Origin: Marsupella aquatica
Taxonomy: Eukaryota; Plantae; Marchantiophyta
NCBI GenBank assembly: GCA_973895155.1
Contig: OZ316894.1
Location: 17,390,563-17,454,562, forward strand
Direction of reading: 5' to 3'
Length of the DNA stretch: 64,000 nt
Both the position numbers and the translations under genes were made by a program. The notes below the pieces were generated by a model. The model was not told where the DNA came from. It did not search any database and worked only from the letters and a program-made list of their open reading frames with translations. This document shows positions 51,470 to 62,552 of the stretch, one piece after another (position 1 is the first letter of the stretch; each line of letters begins with the position of its first letter).

Positions 51470-54400
51470 TTACGTCGACGTTGTAGACTTTGTTTGACTA
51501 TCCGAAACGTTCTTTGCTACTGAATCAATCGTAAATCCGGTCATGTCTGATCCAAACACGTGACCCATTTTTGACCTTTTGGTCTCAAGGTACCGTGTAT
51601 TTTCTGCAGTGAGCTCCGATAAGATAGGCACCCGACGACTCACTGACAACCCATATCCCTTCAAACCCAAATACTTTGATGGGTTGTTGGTCATGAGCTT
51701 CATTGTTTTAACTCCCAGATCTTTCAAAATCTGCATTACAACGCAGCATAGTAACATCAAATTATGGTTGTAGACTATCTTGTAAGCATCGACAACGTCA
51801 CCAAGATCATCAGACCTCATTTCATCCTCAAAATAAACAGGCTCAGGCCTTCCAACTGTGTCACAAATAGCGTTCAAACCACAATGTAATATAGTCCCGG
51901 GCTTGTATCCGAACCCACACTATATCCTGAGTAGTACTAATCTGTAGATGAAGTGGTTTGAAAAATTGAATTCACAGCCGCTCTTCTCTTAACCTCACGT
52001 AAGACGCTACTCCTTGAGTATTCGAAGAAACTAAACAAATCAAGAACCATCGATGCCAGAGGAGTTCGGGGAAATCAAAACAGTCACGCACATATTTAAA
52101 AGGAAACGTCAAATGGAGGATAAAGATCCACAACTATGTTGCCATGGAACTATACCTACACTTCTCCATGCGTAAAAGCCGAATTCAATGAAGAGCATAC
52201 CTGTGCACCAATCCCATACTCACGAGAATCAACTGGTAAGCCCAGGTCGACATTGGCTTCTACAGTATCACGTCCTGCATCTTGCAAATTATAGGCCTGT
52301 AACTTATGGCCCAAACCAATGCCCCTGCCTTCATGCCCACGTAAATACACCAATACTCCCCTCCCTTCTTTCTCTATATTCTGCATGGCTTGGGCCAGTT
52401 GGTTGCCGCAATCACAACGAGCTGAACCAAAAATATCCCCCGTCAAACATTCAGAGTGTACCCTCACAAGAACATCCAATCCATCTCCCATGACTCCCTG
52501 CGTACAAAAGTTTGCTTCAGCACATCAGGTACAATTGTCTCGTTCCAACCCAAAATTGGAAAATGAAAGCCCTAGACTCATCACTCCTACTGGTAAACAT
52601 CCATGAGGCACATCAGCTGAAGTGATATCATGACCCACTCTAACAATATTTGTTGTCTATCCCATATATTTGAGCACTAAACTATTTTGTCCTCATGTTC
52701 AAGCGCCAATTTGACCTGACCTGAGGCCTTCTTCTTGAGCAGGGCCACTCTGGACTCCTCCTTAGCTGATGAATTACTGTTCCAACTCATCTGAACTGAG
52801 GTCCGTGCGCTAAACCCTGGTTCAAAGTTACTAACGGAATAGAACCTCACCTTCACCATGGCGATGTGCTCAATCCCATCTAATTGAGATGTATAACTGT
52901 AAGCCTGGAAAGCACCCCACTGGGTGGGTAATCTTGCCACGGCTGTTCTCGCCACCAGCTTTCTACGCTTTTGCCTAAATCTGTGAACACGGACAGCCGC
53001 GACTTTTTAGACCTGCAGAACCCTACACCAGACGCGCAAATCATAACAAGCTGACGAAAAGCAATTCCGCATCCTCAAGTTTGCAGATCCAATGGACCAG
53101 GAAGGTCCACTGTCCTGGACGTCGTGCGTTACAGTTGGTCACTTACCATGTAGCGGACCTCTCTGTACTTGCACGGGGTAATGCACGGAAATACCCTACG
53201 ATCTAATTTTGGTCATTGATTATTCAATTCAAGAAACTTTAATAGCTAGAGAAAACTCTTTGATCCACAAACGAGGAATAACTCACTCTCGATTAGAGGT
53301 CTTTGAAATACAATAAATAAATGTTTTTAACAAGAACATTCAACAACTCTCTGTTGACTGAGAACAAGAGCTTTCCTCGGGACCCTGAATGAATGGCAGC
53401 ATTTACATCACAAAACAAGTCATAAGTCAATCGGTAGCCCAATAATTTTCTTTACAGGAACCAAATTTAGATAGACTCATTAGAATGTATACCTCACAAG
53501 GTCTGCAATTGATACAAGGGGAAGGTCATGTATCTTGGCGAACTTCTTGAGGTCAGGTAAGCGGGACATCGAACCATCGGCGACATTCACCAGCTCGCAT
53601 AAGACACCAGCAGGCGGTAAACCAGCAAGTTCTGTAAAATCAACCGCTGCCTCCGTATGTCCAGCCCTTTTCAAAACACCACCTTCCCTGGCTCGCAAGG
53701 GGAATATATGGCCAGGGCGTTTGAAGTCCCCAGATGTAGACTCAGCAGAAGCCAAGGCCAATACGGTTTTCGCTCTATCACTTGCTGACACACCAGTTGT
53801 TGTCCCAACCCTTGCATCCTGCACTCGAACAGGAAATGATTTTATCCGGCTATACGCATCGTAACTGGCTGAAGAAAACCTTTCAATACCATGCCCTAAT
53901 GACAGGAGACTCGATTTATCGCAGCTGATACAAGTCCGACGTAAGAAAACAAAATGTTGTCCTCATTTACCAACATAATTCCCTGGACTTTTTGTCTGAA
54001 TTCCAGAGCGTGATGCAAGGCATCTCCATATGTTAGAACCTGAAGCTCGACAAATTCTCTCCTCTCCAGATCATCACGGAAGGAAAAAATCATACCACCG
54101 AAACAGTGAAAGCTGTCACCATAGCCTCGTCGTTCTCTTCACTTCGAACCATTTGTGGGAGATTGAGCCGATCCAGATCGGATCCTTTCATGCCCACACA
54201 TACAATACCAGTGCCATGATTTACAATGAATGTCATTGCTTCCGGAGTCGCCAGGGAGGCTGCCATGATCAAATCACCTTCATTTTCTCTGTCTTCGTCG
54301 TCGACGACCAGTATAAACTGCAGAGAGAGATATAAAACTTGTAAGTAAAGAATTTGTTGCACTCAGCTTATCGCGTACCATCTAGCAGTGTATCAGCTCA

Positions 54401-55027
54401 CATTGTCACTTGGAACGGCGCTGGCAGGACATTATTATCTGTAGCCAATTCCGTGCGCACCTTTCCTTGTCGAAGCGCCTCAACGGCCTCCATGATGGAA
54501 GAAAAACCTTCGGTAGGACGATCTGGATCTCCATCCACATCACTCAGAAAAAATTGTTCCGTGCTTGGATTAATTTCTGCTGCGACGAGGCTCTTAAAGT
54601 TTAGAGGCTGCTCTGCAGAGCCAGCAATTCGGTCCAATTCATTTACACTACCGTTGGTGAAGGCACCATCGACCTTGGCACTAGATGAGCTTCCATTGAG
54701 AGCCGAGCAAACAATTGACCCTGATCTGATACCATGGCTCTCTCGCTGTGAAAATCGTGCAGGCCATGCAAGACGTAGGTTCTCGACACCCGCTGAAAGC
54801 CTTCTCCCTGAGCTAAATACACCATCACATTTCACGGAATTAGCAACACGAATTAGGAAGGAAATCACACAGCACTGATTTATCGATACAGAGGAGGTCT
54901 GGTGATGAAGAGGAGAAGCAACGACGGACCTCAGAAACGACGCAGAACGAGCTCTGAGATACACCTGATCCAGAATCGCAGGCGGGGCAGAGGGCCAGGT
55001 CGACGTTTTAGCAAACGTCACACTCAT
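51470..55027 (-). CDS. RIBA1: Bifunctional riboflavin biosynthesis protein RIBA (DHBP synthase + GTP cyclohydrolase II), probably plastid-targeted
   Basis: Exons ~55027-54461 (possibly split by an intron ~54964-54813), 54317-54097, 53818-53493, 52981-52851, 52497-52201 and 51730-51470. DHBPS motifs [37 protein letters not shown] and GHTEAAVD are intact. GCHII motifs [37 protein letters not shown] and LMTNNPSK are intact. The N-terminus is Ser/Ala-rich and transit-peptide-like; the start is uncertain. Confidence 0.92.
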
Positions 55028-55496
55028 CTTGAAACGAGCAGACACGATCCAGACGGCACACCAGAGAAAACTGTGGCGATTTCCGCACCGCAAAATTGTC
55101 CAATAACTGAAAAGATATTGAGAAACTGCCACTAGCACTGGCTCAGACGCAATTCCCTCATGGACGAAGAAACATCAGTGTTTCCTGTTGGTGGTGATCT
55201 GCGGAAGCTTCTGCAAAATTGGCATCCACTCTCCAGCAAAACGAAAGCATATCAACTACGACCTCCCTCTGCTGATCTGCGCTCCAAGCTTAGGGTGCGA
55301 GTGACAGTGGGGGCAAGCCCGGGTCGTCACAGCCAAGTTCCTGCGCCTATGCAGTCCACTCATGCTGCACCTGCGAGGGCGGGTGAGCAGCTCCCTCCCG
55401 AGAATTCTAACCACTCCCCTGCGAGCGCCTTCGAGCTCAATGACCTGCTCGTTGCAAAGCAGGATTCGAAACTTCCTTCACCAAAAAATAACCCAG

Positions 55497-55500
<4 letters not shown>

Positions 55501-55534
<34 letters not shown>
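55501..55534. repeat. (GA)n/(CT)n microsatellite in the RIBA 5' region
   Basis: gagagagagagagagagagagagagagagagaga. Confidence 0.9.
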
Positions 55535-55537
<3 letters not shown>

Positions 55538-55807
55538 TTCGTGGCTTTGACAAATTCTGATCTGTCTCTGAGCGAAGTGTGCTCTCATCCCCGGCGTCGC
55601 AATGTGCTTCTCTCGAGCTCTCAATCCCCGCTACTACAATAATCGAGAGCTCCCCTAGCAGAGCTCCACGGGCTCAGCTTCTCTCCCGATCCGACGTGCG
55701 ACGCATCTGGGCATGGTCTCTAGATAAGGGAGCCTTGTGTCCGCGAGACCAAGTTAGCAACACTACATACCCTTTCCTTGAACATAAACATAGAGGGATA
55801 CATAAAG

Positions 55808-56040
55808 AGATGAGCCTAGAACCCAAAGGTCCCAGGTACAATCCCTCTCCACATGGAGGGTGAGTGTATGTGTGAGTGGGGTGTAGTGGAGGAAGCCCTC
55901 CTTTCTCTTCAGCTAGTCCTGGGCTTTGGGGCTCTGGTCTAACCCTCTTTCCCTCCTGGTCCTGGGTATGACCCCCCTTGTGGGCTACCCTACAGAAGTG
56001 CATGTTCCTGAGTCTATCCTTTGTTGGATGGGTTAGACAA
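55808..56040 (+). mobile_element. tRNA-derived SINE, copy C (5'-truncated)
   Basis: gatgagcctagaacccaaaggtcccaggtacaatccctctcc...gctagtcctgggctttggggctctggtctaaccctctttccctcctggt...tctatcctttgttggatggg is homologous to copy B. The A box is missing. Confidence 0.7.
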
Positions 56041-57148
56041 AAAAATAAACATAAAAAGATGAGGGTTAACCTTTAGTTGAACATAAATAGAGATGCGGAG
56101 AGGAAACAAACATGAACCTAAATAGAGCTGAGGAGAGGAGAAACAAATAACGTGAATAGAGATGAGTAAAGTAAACAAACAAAAAAAATCTTACAGAAAA
56201 TAAGATTCCCACTTATTTCCTATTCATTTTTGCCCCATCTGTGTTTTTTCTCTGTTTTTTGTCTGTGTTTTTTGTCTTTCACACTTTCACTTGTGCCCTC
56301 TAGACATTATAGTTACTGTCTGGAGGCTTTCACTCCAGAGAGTGATAAGCCCAGGGAGGAACTTTCGATGACACTTTATTAGTCAGACTCTAATAGTTAC
56401 CATATGACGACCTTCTCTACCCTATCTACAGGGGCGAGGAGAATAGAAATTGCTACGATGGTGAATGGAGTGTTACCCTTAGTTTCTTAACGAGTGGGAT
56501 AGAGGAATCATATATAGGGCCACAGGGCAGGGTAGGGCCATAGCTTAGGGTAAGAGTTAATGATTTAAAAAACATTTGGGTGTTGTATTAGAGGGCAGAT
56601 GCTATGAACATTTCTTGAATCAATTTCCTGACCATTACATCTTGCTAGATTTGAAGAGAACCATCAGATTGTGACTAACGGACCTGTGGTGCAGTGGGAA
56701 TCTGGTGAATTTTAGCAGAAAAGGGGGAACACCCTCTTATTATGCACAGCCAGAGGACCCAGTTTACCACCTAGTCACAAACCCCGTTTGGCCAGATTCA
56801 TCTGATCATCATCTTTGATTGTTTATAGTCAAATCTAGGGAGATCCTAGGGTCATAAATTGTTTTAGTGAAACTAGATAAAAATGATTCTTAAGAAAATT
56901 CAGTCTATTATAGTGAAACTAGATAGATAAAAATGATTCTTAAGAAATTTCAGTCTGCCGCCTAGTAGGATGCTTGTCATTTGGGCTCTCTTGTGCTAGT
57001 GATGGTCCCTTCTAGGGTTTTTTTTTTTTCTTGGTTATTAGGGGCAATTTTTTCCCTTGTTTCATCCCTTTGGTCTTCTTGTGGCCTTTTTCACTTCCCT
57101 TTACTGGGTTGCTTTGCCTTTTGGGATCATGTCTCTGGGTTTGGCCTT

Positions 57149-57393
57149 CATGTTTTCTGGTACTCTGATATATATTCTTAGGCTCTTCTACTTCATATAA
57201 CATTGCAAACGATGAAAAACACTAAAAAAACATGTATTCTGGTACTCTCACATATCTTCTTAGGCTCTTCTACTTCAAATAGCATTGCGAACGATGAAAA
57301 ACACTGAAAACATGTTTTCTGGTACTCTCATATATCTTCTTAGGCTCTTCTACTTCAACTAACATTGCGACCGATGAAAAACACTAAAAAAGA
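57149..57393. repeat. Tandem repeat, 3 x ~81 bp
   Basis: Unit catgttttctggtactctcatatatcttcttaggctcttctacttca..aacattgcgaacgatgaaaaacactaaaa at 57149, 57231 and 57311. Confidence 0.92.
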
Positions 57394-57899
57394 AACACGC
57401 TGGTCGGGGAACGGCGGTCGCCCCTTGCACATGGCCGAAAGGTCACTCCGACCCTCCGGACCAGCACGGCCACCGTTACGGTACGGCGAGCGAAGGAACG
57501 AGCGAAGTCACTAGACAAGGACTTCGCGCTCTTTGCAGTGCATTATGTCCCCCGTCAAACTTGACGCGAGAGAAGATCCGTCATCCGTCTCGGACCAGTC
57601 AACGGGGATGGCGTGGACGGCGTGGATGGCGCAAGGTCATACGGACGGCCAACAGCTCCACAATCTTGATCCGTCGGCGAGAGTAGACGGTCAGGATGAG
57701 GTGGAGGCGGACGGTCATCGGAAATGGTGGCCGTCGACTTCGACGTCGACGAGACACAGAGGCGGCGCCAGTCTCCGACAGCCCATCGGCAGCTCAGCTC
57801 TGTCTGGACCAAAACTGCCTCGGCACTCGGCAGTCTCAACTACTAATGCACTAGACGGACCCTTCGTGTTTGCGTCTCACCTCTACTGTAGTGTATTTT

Positions 57900-60896
57900 C
57901 GGGATGGTGAAGGAATAGGGCCAGGGATCCCGAAAACCAATTTCGGATTCGTCAAACTGAACTTCGGGGCTAATGAGAATCTTACATTTCTGAGGAGAGA
58001 AGCAGCGATATCCTTTAGTGTTCTCATCGGAACCAATAAAAATGGCTTTTAAAGATTTGGGTTCCAGTTTAGAGTGATGGGAAGCAGGAATATGTAAATA
58101 TGCAGAACAACCAATTACCCGAAAATATCCTATGTCAGGTTTGATTCCATAGAATTGCTCATAAGGAGTAATGTGGTGAAGGGACAGCAGTTCAGAATGT
58201 AATTACCTGTGCAAACAATCTCTTCCCAAAGTGGAGCAGGAAAATTAGCTCCAAAACACAAGCTTCGGGCAGCTTCTAACAAGGTCCGATTCTCGTGTTC
58301 AGAGACTCCATTCTGATGTGGAGTGTAGGCGGCAGTAAGTTGGCATTTGATGCCTTTGGAAAGACAGAAATTCTGGAAATTTTGAGAAAGGAATTCACCT
58401 CCATGGTCAGATTGTAGACCAGCTATTTTGATTTGAAACTAAGAGATTGTAGACCAGCTATTTTGATTTGAAACTAAGCTTCGGTGGAGGCATAAAAGTT
58501 TTGAACAGTGGCGAAGACTTCAGATTTGAAACAAAGGAAAATTACCCAAGTATAACATGTATAATCATCTGTAAAGGTCAAAAGGTAACGTGCCCCACTG
58601 AGAGATGGGACTTGAGCAGGGCCCCATACATCAGAGTGGATTAGTTGAAAAGGACTATTTGTGACCATCTTCAAATGTAGTGGGATTTTGTCATGGGTTT
58701 GCTTGGTTGTAATACAGGTGTTGCAGAAATCATGTACATGAGGTAGCAATGGGAGACCATCCACCATACTAGTAGAACTCATGTGTGACAAGCGTTGGAA
58801 ATGTATATGCCCAAGACGCTTGTGCCAGAGATCCGCTGAAGTGGAAACTGCAGTGGTGACGAGGTTGCACGATGCCTTAGTTTGGTGTGGTTGAAGAAAC
58901 CAAAGGTACGGTCCGGGGCGGTTTGGGCACCATAGTGTAGAGATGACTATGGGGATCGCGATCCCCATACATACACAAGTCATTGTGTTTGTGAAATACA
59001 TGGCAATGGTGAGACGTGAAACAAACGGTGTGACCTAGATCAGCCAGGCTCGGGGGTCTCACTATATGGGGACCTCCCATCACCTGTGACGTTTTTAGGC
59101 CTCGGACCCCCTAAAATGTAAGGAAATTTTTTTCATTTTTTAACCCCTATAAGTCGGAATATTCTTGGAATAAAGTTGGAATATTCTAACAATTGGATTA
59201 AAAAAACCTTAATGTTCTTATAAGTCTCAAAATTGAATTTAAAAAACCCTATTGTTCTTCTACAAAAAATTTGAAGTCTTCCCTTAGAACCAATAAAATG
59301 ACCCTATCATTTGTCGCACGTGATATGCTATTTTTGTGGAAGTGAAACCCCTGAGCAGCCAGGCAGCCAATAGAGAGCAAATTCCGTCAAGCACTCGGGA
59401 CATACAAAACATTGTTGACTTTATTTTCATCGATGGTCAAAGCTCCCTTCCCTTTGATATCTAGAACACCGCCTCCTGCGGTAGCAACTGTAGATCCAGA
59501 GGGAAGGGGTACAAAATCAGATAGGCCAGCAGAGCTTGGGACAGAGCTACCTGTCAAATGGGTGTTGGCACCGCTATCAAAAATCCACTTAGCATGGGTG
59601 GGACTGGCCAGTTCAGTGAAGTAGGCCTCCAGGATTTGATTGGTAGTGAGTGGAACAGCTACGTCAGTGTCAAAATACTCTTCAAAATCAGCATTAGGTT
59701 GTGGAGCTTCGTTGGATTCCACCAGGTTGGTAGCACAATTGTTACCGAGTGTAACTTGACCAAGGCATGAGGTCAATCATTGAAGCTGAGTCTCCAGCCC
59801 TCTAAAAGGACACTATCGTGTGTAGTGTGTGGGGTCTCCACAGGTGTGACAGACCCCTCGGGCCTAAATCTTATGGGGGCCCACTCCCGGGCCCATGCGT
59901 CCATGTCCAAATCCTAGCTTGATAGCCACATTTAGGGTTGTAATGTCCACCATTGTTACGGCCCCCATAACTGATTCGTTTGAATTGCTGCGTGGTTCGG
60001 GCAAACATAGCTTCCTCTCCGGCAAAGCTACAAGGGTCACGTCGAGTCTCCTCTTCACAAACTCATTCATGAATCAAATTCTCCAACTGAGAAAATGAAG
60101 GCAATGTCTCCCTCCCTGCCAAAACAGTTGAAAAGTCTCCAAGCTAGGTGGAAGGGCATCAATAACGATGCCATGCAATTCTTCATCTTTGAAGGTAAGG
60201 CCAAGGGCAACAAGATCATTAAGTAACTCATTCATGGCATTGAAATTGGCAGACATTGTTGCGGATTCTGGAAATTTCAAACCGAATAATTGACGTTTAA
60301 GCACTCCACATCGTGTGCTGGTGTTCCCAACACATGCACGACTAAGCTCAATCCACATAACTGCTGGATCATGGATGCAAGTGTATCGTGCTACATCCTG
60401 TTTTCCACAACTTTGTTTAACATATAAAGAGCTTTAGACTTGGTTGCACCAACCTCAGCTACAGTAGGAGCACTGGAGTGGCTAGGGTAAAATGTGTTTG
60501 GCTCACGGATACTAAATCAGATACACTCTTTGATAAAACTCTGCTCCATCTTGTAGGCCCATAGAAGATAGTTGTTTCCATTCAACTTTTCATCCTTCGA
60601 CATGCTGTAGCTCATTGATTGGTCCATGGTGGAAAGAATCAGGGACCTACAACAAGAATCTGGGAACTCGCACCTGACACAAATTAAGAGAACACTACGA
60701 ATCAGGCATCTAGCACCTGACACACGAATACTACAGAAAGAGTTCAACTTTCTAAACTGTTATCAGCCAGATCACTTGACTAACAAGAAATTGAACTCCT
60801 GAGTGGAGTGGTGCTTACCAACTCTACCTAAGGACGTTGCTACAGTACTGACGTGCGTGGATCCTAACAAGGCATCCCAGGGAGGCTCTGATACCA
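57900..60896 (-). mobile_element. Decayed, 3'-truncated Ty1/copia LTR retrotransposon (gag-PR-IN)
   Basis: PBS TGGTATCAGAGCC; gag EKLNGNNYLLWAYKME and LKRQLFGLK...IDALPPSLETF; zinc-knuckle remnant CHTCGDPTH; protease WIFDSGANTHLTG; GAG-pre-integrase LWHKRLGH; integrase LIHSDVWGP, FTDDY, SDHGGEF, YTPHQNGVSE; and KLEPKSLKAIFIG...KGYRC. There are multiple stops and frameshifts, and no RT or RNase H is visible. Confidence 0.9.
60884..60896 (-). other. Primer-binding site complementary to initiator tRNA-Met
   Basis: + strand ggctctgatacca = TGGTATCAGAGCC on the - strand, upstream of gag. The 5' LTR should begin at ~60897 and extend rightwards; its far end was not determined. Confidence 0.85.
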
Positions 60897-61608
60897 TATA
60901 AACTTTGAGAATAGTTTATTGATTCATGTGAAGAATGAATGAAGGGACTACAAAATGGTAACTACAAGCTAGAAAGCAATCGTAGCAGAAGGAGTGGAGC
61001 TCAACGTAAATATGCACAAGGAGGAACGCTCCCTGACAACCCAGGGAGTGGAGCTAGACTAAAGATTGTAGAGTGGCCAGTAACACTTGGTAGTGTACAC
61101 GGAAATCATTGGGTTTTCTACATCCCAAGGAAGGATTTAGCAAATGTTTGCCAATATAAAACACTAATTTACATTAAGAAGGTGTGATTTAGGGTGGCTT
61201 TACAAGATTTTTGGACACTTCAGACATTTCCACCTTAGCAAAACTGGGCAGCCACTTTTTGTTCTACATGTGAACCAATCTTACATGGCAAGTAGTGTAC
61301 TTGTTACTTGGTGTCACCATACCTACAAGAAGTAGTGAGACTTTAGTTCCTTTGCTACTGTGGGGATATTGGTCTTTCTTTGCTCTTGCCCTTTGTGGGG
61401 TTTTCTCTGGTGTTCTCCCATTTATTGGGTCTTCTGTCTTTTGAAATCCACTCTAACCTGGTTTGGCGCCTTTTGGTTTTTTGGCCACTGCTAAATGTAC
61501 TCCACATCTGCATTTACTTGGGTCCACTACTTGCCACATAGGGTTGGCAGACACATGTAGGGTTTGCAGACGCCATACCTGAATGGGTGCTGAGTTCTTG
61601 AAAAGCCA

Positions 61609-61690
61609 ACTGCAGCCATTGTCACTCATTATAGGGTTCAGATTAAATCTGCAGCCATTGTCACTCATTATACGGTTCAGATTAGATCTA
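61609..61690. repeat. ~39-bp tandem duplication
   Basis: ctgcagccattgtcactcattata.ggttcagatta.at x2. Confidence 0.85.
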
Positions 61691-62176
61691 AATTGGAATA
61701 AAAAGAAGAATGGCCCCCAATATGTCACCTAAACTAGACCCTAAAGAGGAGGATTACCTTAGTTAGGTTCCATGTTGCTGCCTCCAATATATGTCAATGG
61801 CTACTGTTGCCCTTGATCGTCCTCCTTTGTGTGAGAATCTAGGGTTCCAGATGCCCTGGACACTGAAGTGAAGGTTCTATACATACAATAGTTCTTTCCT
61901 TCCATGTTGCTTTCTGGAAAGAACGACATTGGCCATTGTTGTGGATGACTGTCCACTTCTTTGCGGACATCTAGGGTTCTAGATGTCCCAAAGCAATTGT
62001 AGTGAGGGTTCTAGACTTACCACAGATCCTTCCTTCCTTCATATCTACAATGAGAAGCAAGGGTAAAGGACCGATAGGAAAAACCAGTGGTTGCTGACTT
62101 AGGAATATTACAAACAATTTTTTTTTACAAAATTCATTATTCTTTGACAATAGTGATGGTTGATAAGAGAAAGGTA

Positions 62177-62552
62177 TAGTTGGAAACCACGTTTAACCTG
62201 ACGGGCAAGTTGACGGCTTGTCGGGCACGTAAAACCATCAAATGACGACCAAAAAACATGCAATTTGACGCATATTCCATCTGATTCCCCCGGACTCCCC
62301 GAACCCCAGCCCGGCCCACCCGAACCCGGCCCGGACTTCCCCGGACCCCCCAGACCCCGCCCGGACCACGCCAGGACTCCCCTGAACCCCGCCCGGCCGC
62401 CCCTGACCCCTGCCGAGACCCTTTTAATACCTGGCCCGACCCTACCACCTGGACCCGAACCCGACTTCAGGTCACCTGGATGACGAAATGATGGATTGTC
62501 GGCCTCCAGCGCCCAGTTTGACAGGCAAGGTCAAACCGGGCTTGGAAACTAG
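62177..62552 (+). mobile_element. Putative non-autonomous Helitron-like element with C-rich internal microrepeats
   Basis: A 3' hairpin gcccagtttgac-aggcaag-gtcaaaccgggc is followed after ~7 nt by CTAG (62549-62552). The interior (62285-62465) is made of cccgga/cccgaa/ccggcc microrepeats. The 5' end is uncertain. Confidence 0.45.

Noticed and set aside
56520-56545. FMN-riboswitch-like AGGGCAGGGT upstream of RIBA
   Set aside because: Wrong strand relative to RIBA, lacks the following GAAATTCCC and later conserved blocks, and FMN riboswitches are not known in eukaryotes.
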